From Bacillota bacterium (GTDB taxonomy: Bacteria > Bacillota > Clostridia > Peptostreptococcales > Anaerovoracaceae), in assembly GCA_022769485.1 (NCBI GenBank), contig JALEJU010000032.1, forward strand, positions 16,440 to 80,439: 64,000 bases of DNA. The letters run 5' to 3'. The first letter of the stretch is position 1. Each line of letters opens with the position of its first letter. The notes beneath the pieces were generated by a model that made no database searches, was not told where the DNA came from, and saw nothing but the letters and a program-made list of their open reading frames with translations. Positions 46,635 to 55,350 of this stretch are shown here, in pieces. Position numbers and translations under genes: made by a program.

Positions 46635-46675
46635 AGTAGATTGTTGAAGGAAACAAAAAAATATAAAAAAAATTG

Positions 46676-46704
46676 CTTGACAGTACAAAAAAACGGTGTT
46701 AGTA
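46676..46704 (+). promoter_or_regulatory. candidate sigma-A promoter for the T-box leader
   Basis: TTGACA (46676-46681), a 17-nt spacer, then TAGTAT (46699-46704). Confidence 0.55.
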
Positions 46705-46711
46705 TGGGTGC

Positions 46712-46990
46712 GTAACTTAATAGAAACAAAGGCTGTGACGAAGACGGTTGAATTTTTTCGTTTCCAGAGAGTCGGCGGGCGCTGTGAGCCGATAATGAGA
46801 AAATTCGGGAACCTATCCCTTCCGAGCCGGGAGCCCGAACTCGCAGGAAAGTAGACGCTCTCCGTAATCGCTGCGTAAAAGCGAAAGGCTTGATAGAGCC
46901 TGTGAGGTGGTATGCTTTGCATGCAATTTGAGTGGTACCGCGGATTGTCAGATTCGTCTCAAAGAAAAAAATTCTTTGGGGCGTTTTTTT
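46712..46990 (+). promoter_or_regulatory. T-box riboswitch leader (Stem I, AGTA box, F-box-like element, T-box core, terminator)
   Basis: GA/K-turn motif (GUGA at 46734-46737 with GA at 46824-46825). AG bulge AGAGAG at 46766-46771 with a distal loop ending GUGA. AGTA at 46850-46853 and CCGTAATCG at 46862-46870. T-box core AATTTGAGTGGTACCGCGG at 46925-46943. A 12-bp terminator spans 46955-46983, followed by seven T. Confidence 0.85.
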
Positions 46991-47014
46991 ATGGCCCCGG
47001 AAAAGAGGTAAAAG

Positions 47015-49282
47015 ATGCAGCAGACAAATGAAATAAGTATGTTACGCGACGTAGCGGCCAGAATCCAGGAACTGAGAGAAATCTCCGGATATACCGCAGA
47101 GGAGATGGCGCAGAAAACCGATGTGAGCGCAGAGCAGTACAAAAGTTATGAAAGCGGAAATGTGGATATTCCGTTTACCTTTATTCATAAGTGCGCGCTT
47201 TGCTTCGGGGTGGAAATTTCCGACTTGATGGAAGGAACCAGCGCTCATTTAACATCTTATACGGTTACGAGAAAGGGAGCAGGTCAGATTACCGCCAGGG
47301 AAGAGGGAATTGAAATTCGAAATCTGGCTACCATGTTCCATAAAAAGATAGCGGAGCCGTATTGGGTAAAATATGAATATTCCGTTGAGCAGCAGTCGAA
47401 GCCCATTCATTTAACGACGCACAAAGGGCAGGAATTTGACTTTGTCCTGAGCGGACAATTAAAAGTGCAGGTAGGCACTCATACGGAAATCCTGTCCGAG
47501 GGCGACAGCATCTACTACGACAGCGCTACGCCTCACGGCATGATCGCTGTAGGCGGAGAAGACTGCGTGTTCTGCGCGGTGGTTCTTTCCGGCGAAGAAA
47601 ACGAAGAAAATCAGATGGGTGAAACAATCGTAGCGGCAAAGCAGACGGAGCATCTGATTTATGAAAACTTTATCCTGCCTCTCGAAGATGAAAACGGCGC
47701 ATTGCAGTCCATCGGGTTCCACAATGAAGATAAATTTAATTTTGCGTTTGACGTTGTAGATGAGCTGGCAAAGAAAAAGCCCAATAAGCTGGCCATGATC
47801 CATCTGGATAAGAACAAGAAGGAACGAAGATTTACTTTTGACGAAATCAGAAAGGCGTCTAACCGTACGGCAAACTATTTTAAGTCCATGGGGATTCAAC
47901 GAGGTGACTGCGTTATGCTGGTCTTAAAACGGCATTATCAGTTCTGGTTTGCCATATTGGCACTTCATAAGATCGGAGCGATTGCGGTGCCTGCGCCCAA
48001 CCAGCTTTTAACAAAGGATTTTGAATACCGTTTCCAATCGGCCGGAATCAAAGCCATCGTCTGCACGGCGGACGGCCAGACGGCGGAGTGCATAGACGAA
48101 GCGCAGCTTACATCTCCCAGCCTTGAATTGAAAGTCATGGTGGGCGGAAATCGACCCGGATGGCGGAACTTTGACGAAGAGTATCTGATGTACAGCGGAA
48201 AATTCGACAGAAGTGAGGACTGTCCCTGCGGCGACGATCCCATGGTTATGTTCTTCAGCTCCGGCACCACGGGTTATCCGAAGATGGCACAGCATAGCTA
48301 TAAATATCCGTTGGGACATTTCGTTACGGCGAAATACTGGCATTGCGTGGATCCCCACGGGCTGCACCTGACCATTTCCGATACAGGCTGGGGAAAATCT
48401 CTTTGGGGCAAGCTGTACGGGCAGTGGATGTGCGAAGCGGCAATTTTCGTGTATGACTTTGATCGCTTTGATGCCAACGATATCCTGCCGCTGTTCAAGC
48501 AGTATAAGATAACAACATTCTGCGCGCCGCCTACTATGTACCGCTTTATGATCAAAGAAGATCTGTCCCGGTTTGACCTGTCCAGTATCCGGCATGCCAC
48601 TACGGCAGGCGAGGCGCTGAATCCGGAAGTATATCATCAATTTAAAAAGGCGACGGGACTTTCTGTTATGGAAGGATTCGGTCAGACGGAAACCACTTTG
48701 CTGATCGGCAATCTGGTCGGCGATACGCCGAAAATCGGTTCCATGGGAAAAGCAAATCCGCTGTTTGATGTAGAGCTTATGACTTCTGACGGAAAACTGG
48801 CCGAAGTGGGAGAAACGGGCGAGATTGTAGTTCGGACGAAGGAAAATCTGCCTGTGGGTATTTTCCTGGGATACTACAGGGATGAGGAAAAGACGAGAGC
48901 ATCCTGGCATGATGGCTATTATCATACGGGAGATACGGCCTGGAAAGACGAGGACGGTTATTTCTGGTATGTAGGCCGGGTAGACGATTTGATCAAATCC
49001 TCCGGATACCGGATCGGGCCCTTCGAAATCGAAAGCGTTATCATGGAGCTTCCTTATGTGTTGGAATGCGGCGTATCGGCTGCCCCGGATGAGATCAGAG
49101 GGCAGGTCGTAAAGGCCAGCATCGTCTTGGTAAAAGGCAAGGAAGGTACGGAAGAATTAAAGAAAGAAATCCAAAACTATGTAAAGAAACGGACGGCCCC
49201 GTATAAGTATCCCAGAATCGTTGTGTTCAGGGACGAGCTGCCTAAGACGATCAGTGGAAAAATCCAGAGAAACAAATTATAA
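47015..49282 (+). CDS. fusion protein: XRE-type HTH plus cupin plus AMP-forming (medium-chain-like) acyl-CoA synthetase
   Basis: N-terminal HTH (ISGYTAEEMAQKTDVSAEQYKSYESG). A cupin (GQEFDFVLSGQLKVQVG...YYDSATPHG). Then ANL motifs (FFSSGTTGYPK, GFGQTE, YHTGD, and SGKIQR at the end). Confidence 0.8.
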   Translation: MQQTNEISMLRDVAARIQELREISGYTAEEMAQKTDVSAEQYKSYESGNVDIPFTFIHKCALCFGVEISDLMEGTSAHLTSYTVTRKGAGQITAREEGIEIRNLATMFHKKIAEPYWVKYEYSVEQQSKPIHLTTHKGQEFDFVLSGQLKVQVGTHTEILSEGDSIYYDSATPHGMIAVGGEDCVFCAVVLSGEENEENQMGETIVAAKQTEHLIYENFILPLEDENGALQSIGFHNEDKFNFAFDVVDELAKKKPNKLAMIHLDKNKKERRFTFDEIRKASNRTANYFKSMGIQRGDCVMLVLKRHYQFWFAILALHKIGAIAVPAPNQLLTKDFEYRFQSAGIKAIVCTADGQTAECIDEAQLTSPSLELKVMVGGNRPGWRNFDEEYLMYSGKFDRSEDCPCGDDPMVMFFSSGTTGYPKMAQHSYKYPLGHFVTAKYWHCVDPHGLHLTISDTGWGKSLWGKLYGQWMCEAAIFVYDFDRFDANDILPLFKQYKITTFCAPPTMYRFMIKEDLSRFDLSSIRHATTAGEALNPEVYHQFKKATGLSVMEGFGQTETTLLIGNLVGDTPKIGSMGKANPLFDVELMTSDGKLAEVGETGEIVVRTKENLPVGIFLGYYRDEEKTRASWHDGYYHTGDTAWKDEDGYFWYVGRVDDLIKSSGYRIGPFEIESVIMELPYVLECGVSAAPDEIRGQVVKASIVLVKGKEGTEELKKEIQNYVKKRTAPYKYPRIVVFRDELPKTISGKIQRNKL

Positions 49283-49312
49283 AGTAAAAAAGTCTGATTT
49301 CAGCAGAACGGG

Positions 49313-49338
49313 AACGGCGGAATCTTTCCGCCGTTTTT
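49313..49338 (+). terminator. intrinsic terminator separating the T-box-controlled gene from metY
   Basis: AACGGCGGAA pairs with TTCCGCCGTT around a 3-nt loop and runs into TTTTT. Confidence 0.8.
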
Positions 49339-49416
49339 CCTTCTGCTGTCATGGCTTTTCTCTTGTATATATGCTATTATAAAAGAACAATGTATGTTGC
49401 AGAAAGGGTAAAATTT

Positions 49417-50694
49417 ATGGAAAGACAGAAAATAGAAACGATTTGCATACAGGAAGGATATAAGCCGGGGAACGGTGAACCGAGAATTCTTCCCATTTAT
49501 CAGAGTACAACCTATAAATATGATTCTGCGGATCATTTAGGCAAGCTGTTTGATTTGGAAGTGCCGGGACATATGTATACGAGAATTTCCAATCCTACGG
49601 TGGAATATGTGGAGCAGAAAATCGCCGCGCTGGAAGGCGGGGTGGGCGCTATGTGCACCTCTTCCGGTCAGGCGGCCAATCTCGTGGCCGTTATGAATAT
49701 TGCCGGCTGCGGTGATAACATCATTTCGCTGTCTTCCATTTACGGAGGAACAATAAACCTGTTTGCGGTAACTATGAAACGTTTCGGAATCGACGTTCGC
49801 TTTGTGAATCCGGACATGACGGATGAAGAGATTGAGCCGTTTTTTGATGAGAATACAAAGGCTGTTTTCGGGGAAACCATTGCAAATCCGGCGCTGAAAG
49901 TATTGGATATCGAGCGTTATGCAAACTTAGCGCACAAACATAATGTTCCTCTTTTGGTGGACAACACATTCGCCACTCCGGTTTTGTGCAGACCTTTTGA
50001 ATTCGGTGCGGATATCGTGATTCATTCTACTACAAAATATATGGACGGGCATGCCAGCGTAGTGGGCGGCGCAGTCGTTGACAGCGGTAATTTTGACTGG
50101 GAAGCAGCGGGCGGTTTTCCGGGGCTGACGGAACCGGACGAATCGTATCACGGTGTGGTTTATACAAGAGATTTCGGAAAAGCCGCTTATATCAGCAAGG
50201 CGCGCTGTCAGCTTATGCGGGATTTGGGCACAACACCTCAGCCCATCGCTGCTTTTATTTTAAATCAGGGACTGGAAACATTGGCACTGCGGATGGAACG
50301 CCATTGTGAAAACGCTATGCAGGTTGCGGAGTATCTGGAGAAGCATGAAAAGATTTCCTGGGTAAATTATCCGAAACTGCCCGGCTCCGACCAATATGAA
50401 CTGGCGGAAAAATATCTGCCCAAAGGCGCCTGCGGCGTAATTTCTTTCGGCGTAAAAGGCGGAAGAGAGGCAGCGGTAAAGTTTATGGACTCTCTGAAGC
50501 TTGCGCAGATTGTGGTGCACGTTGCGGACGCAAGAACCAGCGTGCTGCATCCGGCCAGCACCACACACCGCCAATTAACGGATGAGCAGCTGAAGGATGC
50601 CGGAATCGGCGCAGATCTGGTTCGTCTGTCCGTGGGGATCGAACATATTTCAGATATACTTGCGGATTTAGAACAGGCTCTGAACCAATTGTAG
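49417..50694 (+). CDS. metY: O-acetylhomoserine sulfhydrylase (aminocarboxypropyltransferase)
   Basis: Cys/Met-metabolism PLP enzyme with the PLP lysine in [10 protein letters not shown]. Its length and N-terminus (ETICIQEGY) are typical of MetY. The start is at ATG 49417. Confidence 0.85.
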   Translation: MERQKIETICIQEGYKPGNGEPRILPIYQSTTYKYDSADHLGKLFDLEVPGHMYTRISNPTVEYVEQKIAALEGGVGAMCTSSGQAANLVAVMNIAGCGDNIISLSSIYGGTINLFAVTMKRFGIDVRFVNPDMTDEEIEPFFDENTKAVFGETIANPALKVLDIERYANLAHKHNVPLLVDNTFATPVLCRPFEFGADIVIHSTTKYMDGHASVVGGAVVDSGNFDWEAAGGFPGLTEPDESYHGVVYTRDFGKAAYISKARCQLMRDLGTTPQPIAAFILNQGLETLALRMERHCENAMQVAEYLEKHEKISWVNYPKLPGSDQYELAEKYLPKGACGVISFGVKGGREAAVKFMDSLKLAQIVVHVADARTSVLHPASTTHRQLTDEQLKDAGIGADLVRLSVGIEHISDILADLEQALNQL

Positions 50695-50728
50695 TTTTTA
50701 TCGTAAAAGAGAAAGAGGGGGCTTAACT

Positions 50729-51643
50729 GTGCCGATTAAAATTCCCAGCGGACTTCCCGCAGAAGCCACGCTGAAACAAGAGAAAATTTTTGTTATGGAC
50801 GAAGCCAGAGCGCTGTCTCAGGATATTCGTCCTTTGCGCATTGCGGTTCTGAATCTCATGCCTACAAAAATTGCCACGGAAACACAAATTGCCAGGCTGA
50901 TCGGCAATACGCCGCTGCAGTTGGAACTGGAGCTGATTTATACCCAAAGCCATCAGGCGAAAAACATTCCTCTGGAACATTTGCTGGCGTTCTACAAAAC
51001 GTTTGATGAGATAAAGGATCAAAAGTTCGACGGCTTGATTATCACAGGGGCGCCGGTGGAAAAATTGGAATTTGAAGATGTGGATTACTGGCCGGAACTC
51101 TGTGAAATTATGGAATGGTCGAAAACTCATGTGTTCAGTACCTTCCATATCTGCTGGGGCGCACAGGCGGGAATGTATTATCATTTCGGCATTCACAAAT
51201 ATTTGTTGGATGAAAAGCTGTTCGGAGTCTATCCCCATGAAGTGGAAGCGCAGAATGCTGTATTATTCCGCGGCTTTGATGATACGTTTATGGTTCCTCA
51301 GTCGCGGCATACAACCGTGAAACGGGAAGAGATTGAAGCTGTTTCGGATTTGTGGATTTTGGCGTCTTCAAAGGAAGCAGGGGTTTATGCGGTAGCTTCG
51401 CCCCGTTACAAGCAGGTGTTTATTACCGGGCACTCCGAATATGACAGAGAGACACTGGAGAAGGAGTATCTGAGGGATAAAAAAGCGGGACTTCCTATTT
51501 CTGTTCCCGTAAATTATTATCCCAATGATGATGATACGCAAAGACCGATTATGAGCTGGAAAGGGCACGCGCATCTGCTGTATTCCAATTGGCTGAACTA
51601 CGTTTATCAGGAAACACCTTACAATTTGGATGAAATCCAATAG
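50729..51643 (+). CDS. metA: homoserine O-acyltransferase (MetA family)
   Basis: [11 protein letters not shown]...[10 protein letters not shown]...[10 protein letters not shown]...HICWGAQA are hallmark MetA motifs. The start codon is GTG. Confidence 0.9.
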   Translation: MPIKIPSGLPAEATLKQEKIFVMDEARALSQDIRPLRIAVLNLMPTKIATETQIARLIGNTPLQLELELIYTQSHQAKNIPLEHLLAFYKTFDEIKDQKFDGLIITGAPVEKLEFEDVDYWPELCEIMEWSKTHVFSTFHICWGAQAGMYYHFGIHKYLLDEKLFGVYPHEVEAQNAVLFRGFDDTFMVPQSRHTTVKREEIEAVSDLWILASSKEAGVYAVASPRYKQVFITGHSEYDRETLEKEYLRDKKAGLPISVPVNYYPNDDDTQRPIMSWKGHAHLLYSNWLNYVYQETPYNLDEIQ

Positions 51644-51724
51644 AGGAGAAGGATCTCTTGTGTTTCCGAATCGTTTGCAGCGGGGAAGCACAGGCGTCGG
51701 GATTGAAATTACGGAGAAGGATGA

Positions 51725-52207
51725 ATGGAGCAGATTTGGGATTCCCTATTGCATTTCGGTGCCGAACCGGCGCTGGTAATCGTTTCGATGATTCCTTTCA
51801 TCGAACTGCGGGGCGGAATTATTTTAGGGGCGGCGCTGGGCGTAAACTGGGCGTTGACCTTAGTTCTCTGTACGCTGGGGAATATTATTCCTGTTCCGTT
51901 TTTGATCGTATTCGGCCGTTATGTAATGGAACTGCTGGAACGAACAAAGCTATTTGGTCGCTGGGTGCGTGGCTATAAAAGACGGTTAATGGGAAAATCC
52001 GGAACGATTCAAAAATACGGCCCCTGGGGTCTGGTTCTTTTCGTAGGAATTCCGCTTCCGGGAACCGGTGCGTGGTCGGGAGCTCTTCTGGCAGTTCTCT
52101 TAGGGCTGCGGATGAAAGCGGCTGTACCGGCCATCTTGTTGGGGGTTCTACTTGGGGGCGCTGTTATGACGCTGGGAACTCAGGGGATTATCGGCATCTT
52201 TCAGTAA
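51725..52207 (+). CDS. small multidrug-export-like membrane protein (COG2426 family)
   Basis: 160 aa with SMIPFIELRGGI and GIPLPGTGAWSGA motifs, characteristic of this family as I recall it. Confidence 0.65.
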   Translation: MEQIWDSLLHFGAEPALVIVSMIPFIELRGGIILGAALGVNWALTLVLCTLGNIIPVPFLIVFGRYVMELLERTKLFGRWVRGYKRRLMGKSGTIQKYGPWGLVLFVGIPLPGTGAWSGALLAVLLGLRMKAAVPAILLGVLLGGAVMTLGTQGIIGIFQ

Positions 52208-52256
52208 AACTGATTGTTTATTGACAACCGAACGGAATTCTGAGAAAATTTTACAC

Positions 52257-52298
52257 GGTGAGTTCGAAACCATCCTCACCTAAAACAAAACTAAGGAG
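52257..52298 (+). promoter_or_regulatory. preQ1-I riboswitch in front of queT
   Basis: GGTGAG-TTCGAAACCAT-CCTCACC followed by TAAAACAAAACTAAGGAG. This aligns with the Bacillus queC preQ1-I aptamer (AGAGGTTCTAGCTACACCCTCTATAAAAAACTAAGG), including the A-rich tail that runs into the SD. A TTGACA-17-GAAAAT promoter lies at 52221-52249. Confidence 0.75.
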
Positions 52299-52304
52299 AA
52301 AAAA

Positions 52305-52790
52305 ATGAAGAATAACAGGAGTGTATATCTGTGCAGAGCGGCCATGACGGCAGTTCTGTATGTGATCTTGACTTATGTGTCTGCGGAGTTCGGATTGGCG
52401 TCCGGCGCTGTACAAGTCCGGCTTTCTGAGGCCTTATGCGTTCTTCCTGTCTTTATGCCGGCAGCAGTTCCGGGATTGGCTGTCGGTTGTTTTTTTGCCA
52501 ACTTGATGACAGGATGCGTAATTTTCGATGTAATTTTCGGTACATTGGCTACTTTATTAGGGGCGATGGGAACCTATGTGCTGCGGAACCGACCGGTCTT
52601 ATTTTTACTGCCGCCGATTTTATCCAATATGATTATTATACCCTTTGTTCTGCGCTATGCGTATCACCTGGGAGATGCTCACTGGTATCTGGTTGCCACA
52701 ATCGGAGCAGGAGAATTTATTTCGGCAGGAATTTTAGGATATTGCCTCTACAGAGCACTAAATCCGCATAGAAATCAAATATTCAAATAG
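52305..52790 (+). CDS. queT: queuosine-precursor transporter QueT
   Basis: 161-aa polytopic membrane protein whose size and pattern fit QueT (COG4708). It is preceded by a preQ1 riboswitch. Confidence 0.8.
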   Translation: MKNNRSVYLCRAAMTAVLYVILTYVSAEFGLASGAVQVRLSEALCVLPVFMPAAVPGLAVGCFFANLMTGCVIFDVIFGTLATLLGAMGTYVLRNRPVLFLLPPILSNMIIIPFVLRYAYHLGDAHWYLVATIGAGEFISAGILGYCLYRALNPHRNQIFK

Positions 52791-52852
52791 AATGGAGTAA
52801 AATCGCAGCTTTTTCGCTTTTGTTTTTATAAATTATATCAGAGGTGTAGTTC

Positions 52853-54268
52853 ATGAGCCTTCAGGACATAAAAAAATCCAAATGGAGTGTATTTGTAATT
52901 ACCAGTATGGCAAATCTGGGCGCTGCATTTGCGATTAACAGCCTGAATCTGGCGCTTCCGTTTCTCAGGGAGGAGTTTTGTGCCTCCCAGGCAGAAGTCA
53001 GCTGGCTTGCGCTGGTTTACGCTCTTCTGCCGTGCTGCTGTCTGCTGTTTTTCGGCCGGCTGGCGGATATTTACGGCTATAAGAGACAGTATTTATTAGG
53101 GTTTGGATTTTTTTCTGCGGCATCCATATTGGCTCCTCTTTTATCCCACAGCCTTTCGGTTTTGATCTTTTTCCGAGCTCTTCAAGGAATCGGCTACAGT
53201 ATGTTGATTTCCATTACCCAGGCTACCATTTACCGAACATTTCCGCCTGACGAATGCGGCAGGGCATTGGGAGTCAATACCGTTTTTGTTTCCGTGGGAT
53301 TTGTATCGGGTCCTTGTATCGGCGGTTTTCTGCTGGAATATTTCGGGTGGCATGCTATCTTTTATTTCAGCGCTGTTTTTACTGTTTTAGGCTTTTTCGG
53401 AGCCTGGTTTGTTCTTGAAAACGATTCCGGGGGAAAAGAGGGGGCTGTGTCTTTAGATTTAGCCGGCAGTATTGTTTTTATGGCGGCAACGGGGCTTTTC
53501 GCCGTCAGTCTGAATTCCGTCGGTTCTGCGGAAAGCTATGGGCGTTTGCTTATACAGCTTGGTATTTCCGCATTGCTGTTCCTCCTTTTTGTAAAAATTG
53601 AAAAACGAGCCAAATATCCGCTTTTGCCGTTGGAACTGTTCCGGAACAAAGCATTTACGTTAGCGGGATGCGCCAGCGGTCTTTCTTATTTAACGCAGCA
53701 GCTGACGACTTATTTGTTTCCGTTTTTTCTGGCGGACGTTCTGCTTTTTTCCGCCAAACATGCCGGCAGCATTATGTTAACCGCGCCTTTGCTTATGATG
53801 CTTATGGCGCCGGTGGGCGGAGCGCTGATTGATAAAAAGGGAACGGTGCTTCCGGCTGTGATCGGACTCTCCATGATGGGAGCGGCCTGTATCGGTATCA
53901 GTTTTTTTACGGAATCTGTCTCTATTTGGCTTGTTATTTTTGTATTGATGCTGGTGGGTGCAGGAAATGCATTTAGTTCCTGCGCTATCAATACCACAAT
54001 TTTGCAATCCGCAGACCGCAGTATGTCCGGCGTTGCTTCAGGCGCCTTGGGAACCACGAGAAACATCGGAAATACAATGGGAATCGCTTTTGGCAGCGCA
54101 ATGCTGGAACTGCTGCAGAATCATTACTCCGCCGGTTTATCCATGGCTGAAGCGCATTTGAAGGCGCAGCAGATTATATTTTTGTTCGGAGCCGGATTTG
54201 CGGCAGCGGGGATTTTGCTGTTTTTGAAATTGTCTGTTTCCGGGGAGAGCAATCGAGACGCAAAATAG
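52853..54268 (+). CDS. MFS transporter (DHA2/EmrB-like, about 14 TM segments)
   Basis: 471 aa, about 14 hydrophobic segments, and MFS motif A-like GRLADIYGYKR. Confidence 0.85.
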   Translation: MSLQDIKKSKWSVFVITSMANLGAAFAINSLNLALPFLREEFCASQAEVSWLALVYALLPCCCLLFFGRLADIYGYKRQYLLGFGFFSAASILAPLLSHSLSVLIFFRALQGIGYSMLISITQATIYRTFPPDECGRALGVNTVFVSVGFVSGPCIGGFLLEYFGWHAIFYFSAVFTVLGFFGAWFVLENDSGGKEGAVSLDLAGSIVFMAATGLFAVSLNSVGSAESYGRLLIQLGISALLFLLFVKIEKRAKYPLLPLELFRNKAFTLAGCASGLSYLTQQLTTYLFPFFLADVLLFSAKHAGSIMLTAPLLMMLMAPVGGALIDKKGTVLPAVIGLSMMGAACIGISFFTESVSIWLVIFVLMLVGAGNAFSSCAINTTILQSADRSMSGVASGALGTTRNIGNTMGIAFGSAMLELLQNHYSAGLSMAEAHLKAQQIIFLFGAGFAAAGILLFLKLSVSGESNRDAK

Positions 54269-54418
54269 GACGTCTGCTTTTAAAAGCAAACGTCCCGGCC
54301 CCCTCTGAAACAGTTGAACGGCAGAAAGCGGATTATCTGAGTTAAAGTTTTTGTTTTTTATTTAAACTTTAGATTAGTGGGGTATAAATAAGGATAGAAA
54401 GGAGTTAAGGAGGTTAAA

Positions 54419-55015
54419 ATGAAAGTATTTTTTTCAAAATCAAAGAAAGCTGTTTTGCTTTTGTGTATGGTGATGCTTCTTGTCTTCGGAGCCGCTTGCG
54501 GCGGCCAGGATGAAAACGGCGGCAATGGGCAGAATCAGACACCCGGCACTTCATCAAACCAGACGATCAGTTTGGATAAGGCAAAAGAGCTGGCTCTGAA
54601 GGATGCGGGGATAAATAGTTCGGAGGTGACTTTCGTCAAAGAAGAACTTGAGAAGGACAAGCAGGTTCCTTCGTATGAGCTGGAATTTTACAATGATTCC
54701 GCAGAGTATGAGTATGATGTTCATGCAGGAACAGGCGAAATCTTAGAGAGCAGTGTTGAATATATTGCCGCAAAATCCCAAAACGGCCGGACTGCGGGTC
54801 AGAACGTCATCACCTTAGACCAGGCAAAAGAGATTGCGTTGAAGCATTGCGGGGCTGCTGCTGCGGATGTAACTTTTACCGAAACGAAACTGGATCAGGA
54901 AGAGAATGTCTACGAAATAGAATTCTATAAGGGCGAAGCCGGATATGAATACGAAATCAACGCGGCCGGCGGTGATATCAGGGGAGTCTGCAAGAGGCTA
55001 AAAGCGCATATGTAA
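54419..55015 (+). CDS. lipoprotein with two PepSY domains
   Basis: Lipobox GAACG. Two repeats follow, of the form LD.AKE.ALK..G......VTF...EL.......YE.EFY....EYEY...A.TGEI. Confidence 0.8.
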   Translation: MKVFFSKSKKAVLLLCMVMLLVFGAACGGQDENGGNGQNQTPGTSSNQTISLDKAKELALKDAGINSSEVTFVKEELEKDKQVPSYELEFYNDSAEYEYDVHAGTGEILESSVEYIAAKSQNGRTAGQNVITLDQAKEIALKHCGAAAADVTFTETKLDQEENVYEIEFYKGEAGYEYEINAAGGDIRGVCKRLKAHM

Positions 55016-55070
55016 TTAAAATCTTGCGGTTTGAAAAGCAGAAAATTGATATGCGTGCGGCCTTCGAATA

Positions 55071-55120
55071 ACAACAGCTGCGGGAAACGAATTCTTTATT
55101 TTCCGCAGTCGTTGTTTTTT
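55071..55120 (+). terminator. intrinsic terminator after the PepSY gene
   Basis: A long imperfect hairpin, ACAACAGCTGCGGGAAA pairing with TTTTCCGCAGTCGTTGT, followed by TTTTT. Confidence 0.7.
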
Positions 55121-55322
55121 ACTGCGGCTGTTTTTTGGAGAAGACGGTAATTTATAAATTTTCTGCTGAAATATTTTTGTATTAGGATTGACAAATCATA
55201 CATTTTTGTGTAAGGATAAGATATAAGCAATAGTTAAAGTTCCTGACAAAAAGTTTCTTATAGTAGATTCTGACTGAAAGGATAGCGCAAATAAACCGGC
55301 ATATAAAGTATGCTTTGTGCGG

Positions 55323-55350
55323 CTGTACCTTTCGCAGGTACAGTTTTTTT
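55323..55350 (+). terminator. intrinsic terminator closing a ~125-nt unit upstream of hydG
   Basis: CTGTACCT pairs with AGGTACAG around a TTCGC loop, followed by seven T. Confidence 0.75.

Noticed and set aside
46790-46800. AUG-A in T-box Stem I (GAUAAUGAG) read as a methionine specifier, which would fit the nearby metY-metA genes
   Set aside because: With the K-turn, AG bulge and distal loop placed canonically, this AUG lies in the strand opposite the AG bulge, not in the specifier loop. In addition, metY-metA are separated from the T-box-controlled gene by a strong terminator. I left the question open in the T-box finding rather than asserting it.
47459-48925. Minus-strand ORFs inside the HTH-cupin-ligase gene (146, 101, 305 and 100 codons), and similar ORFs inside hydG, gpsA/miaB, metH, clpB and the operon genes
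   Set aside because: All are antisense to, or out of frame with, genes that carry strong family motifs. None has an RBS or recognisable domains.
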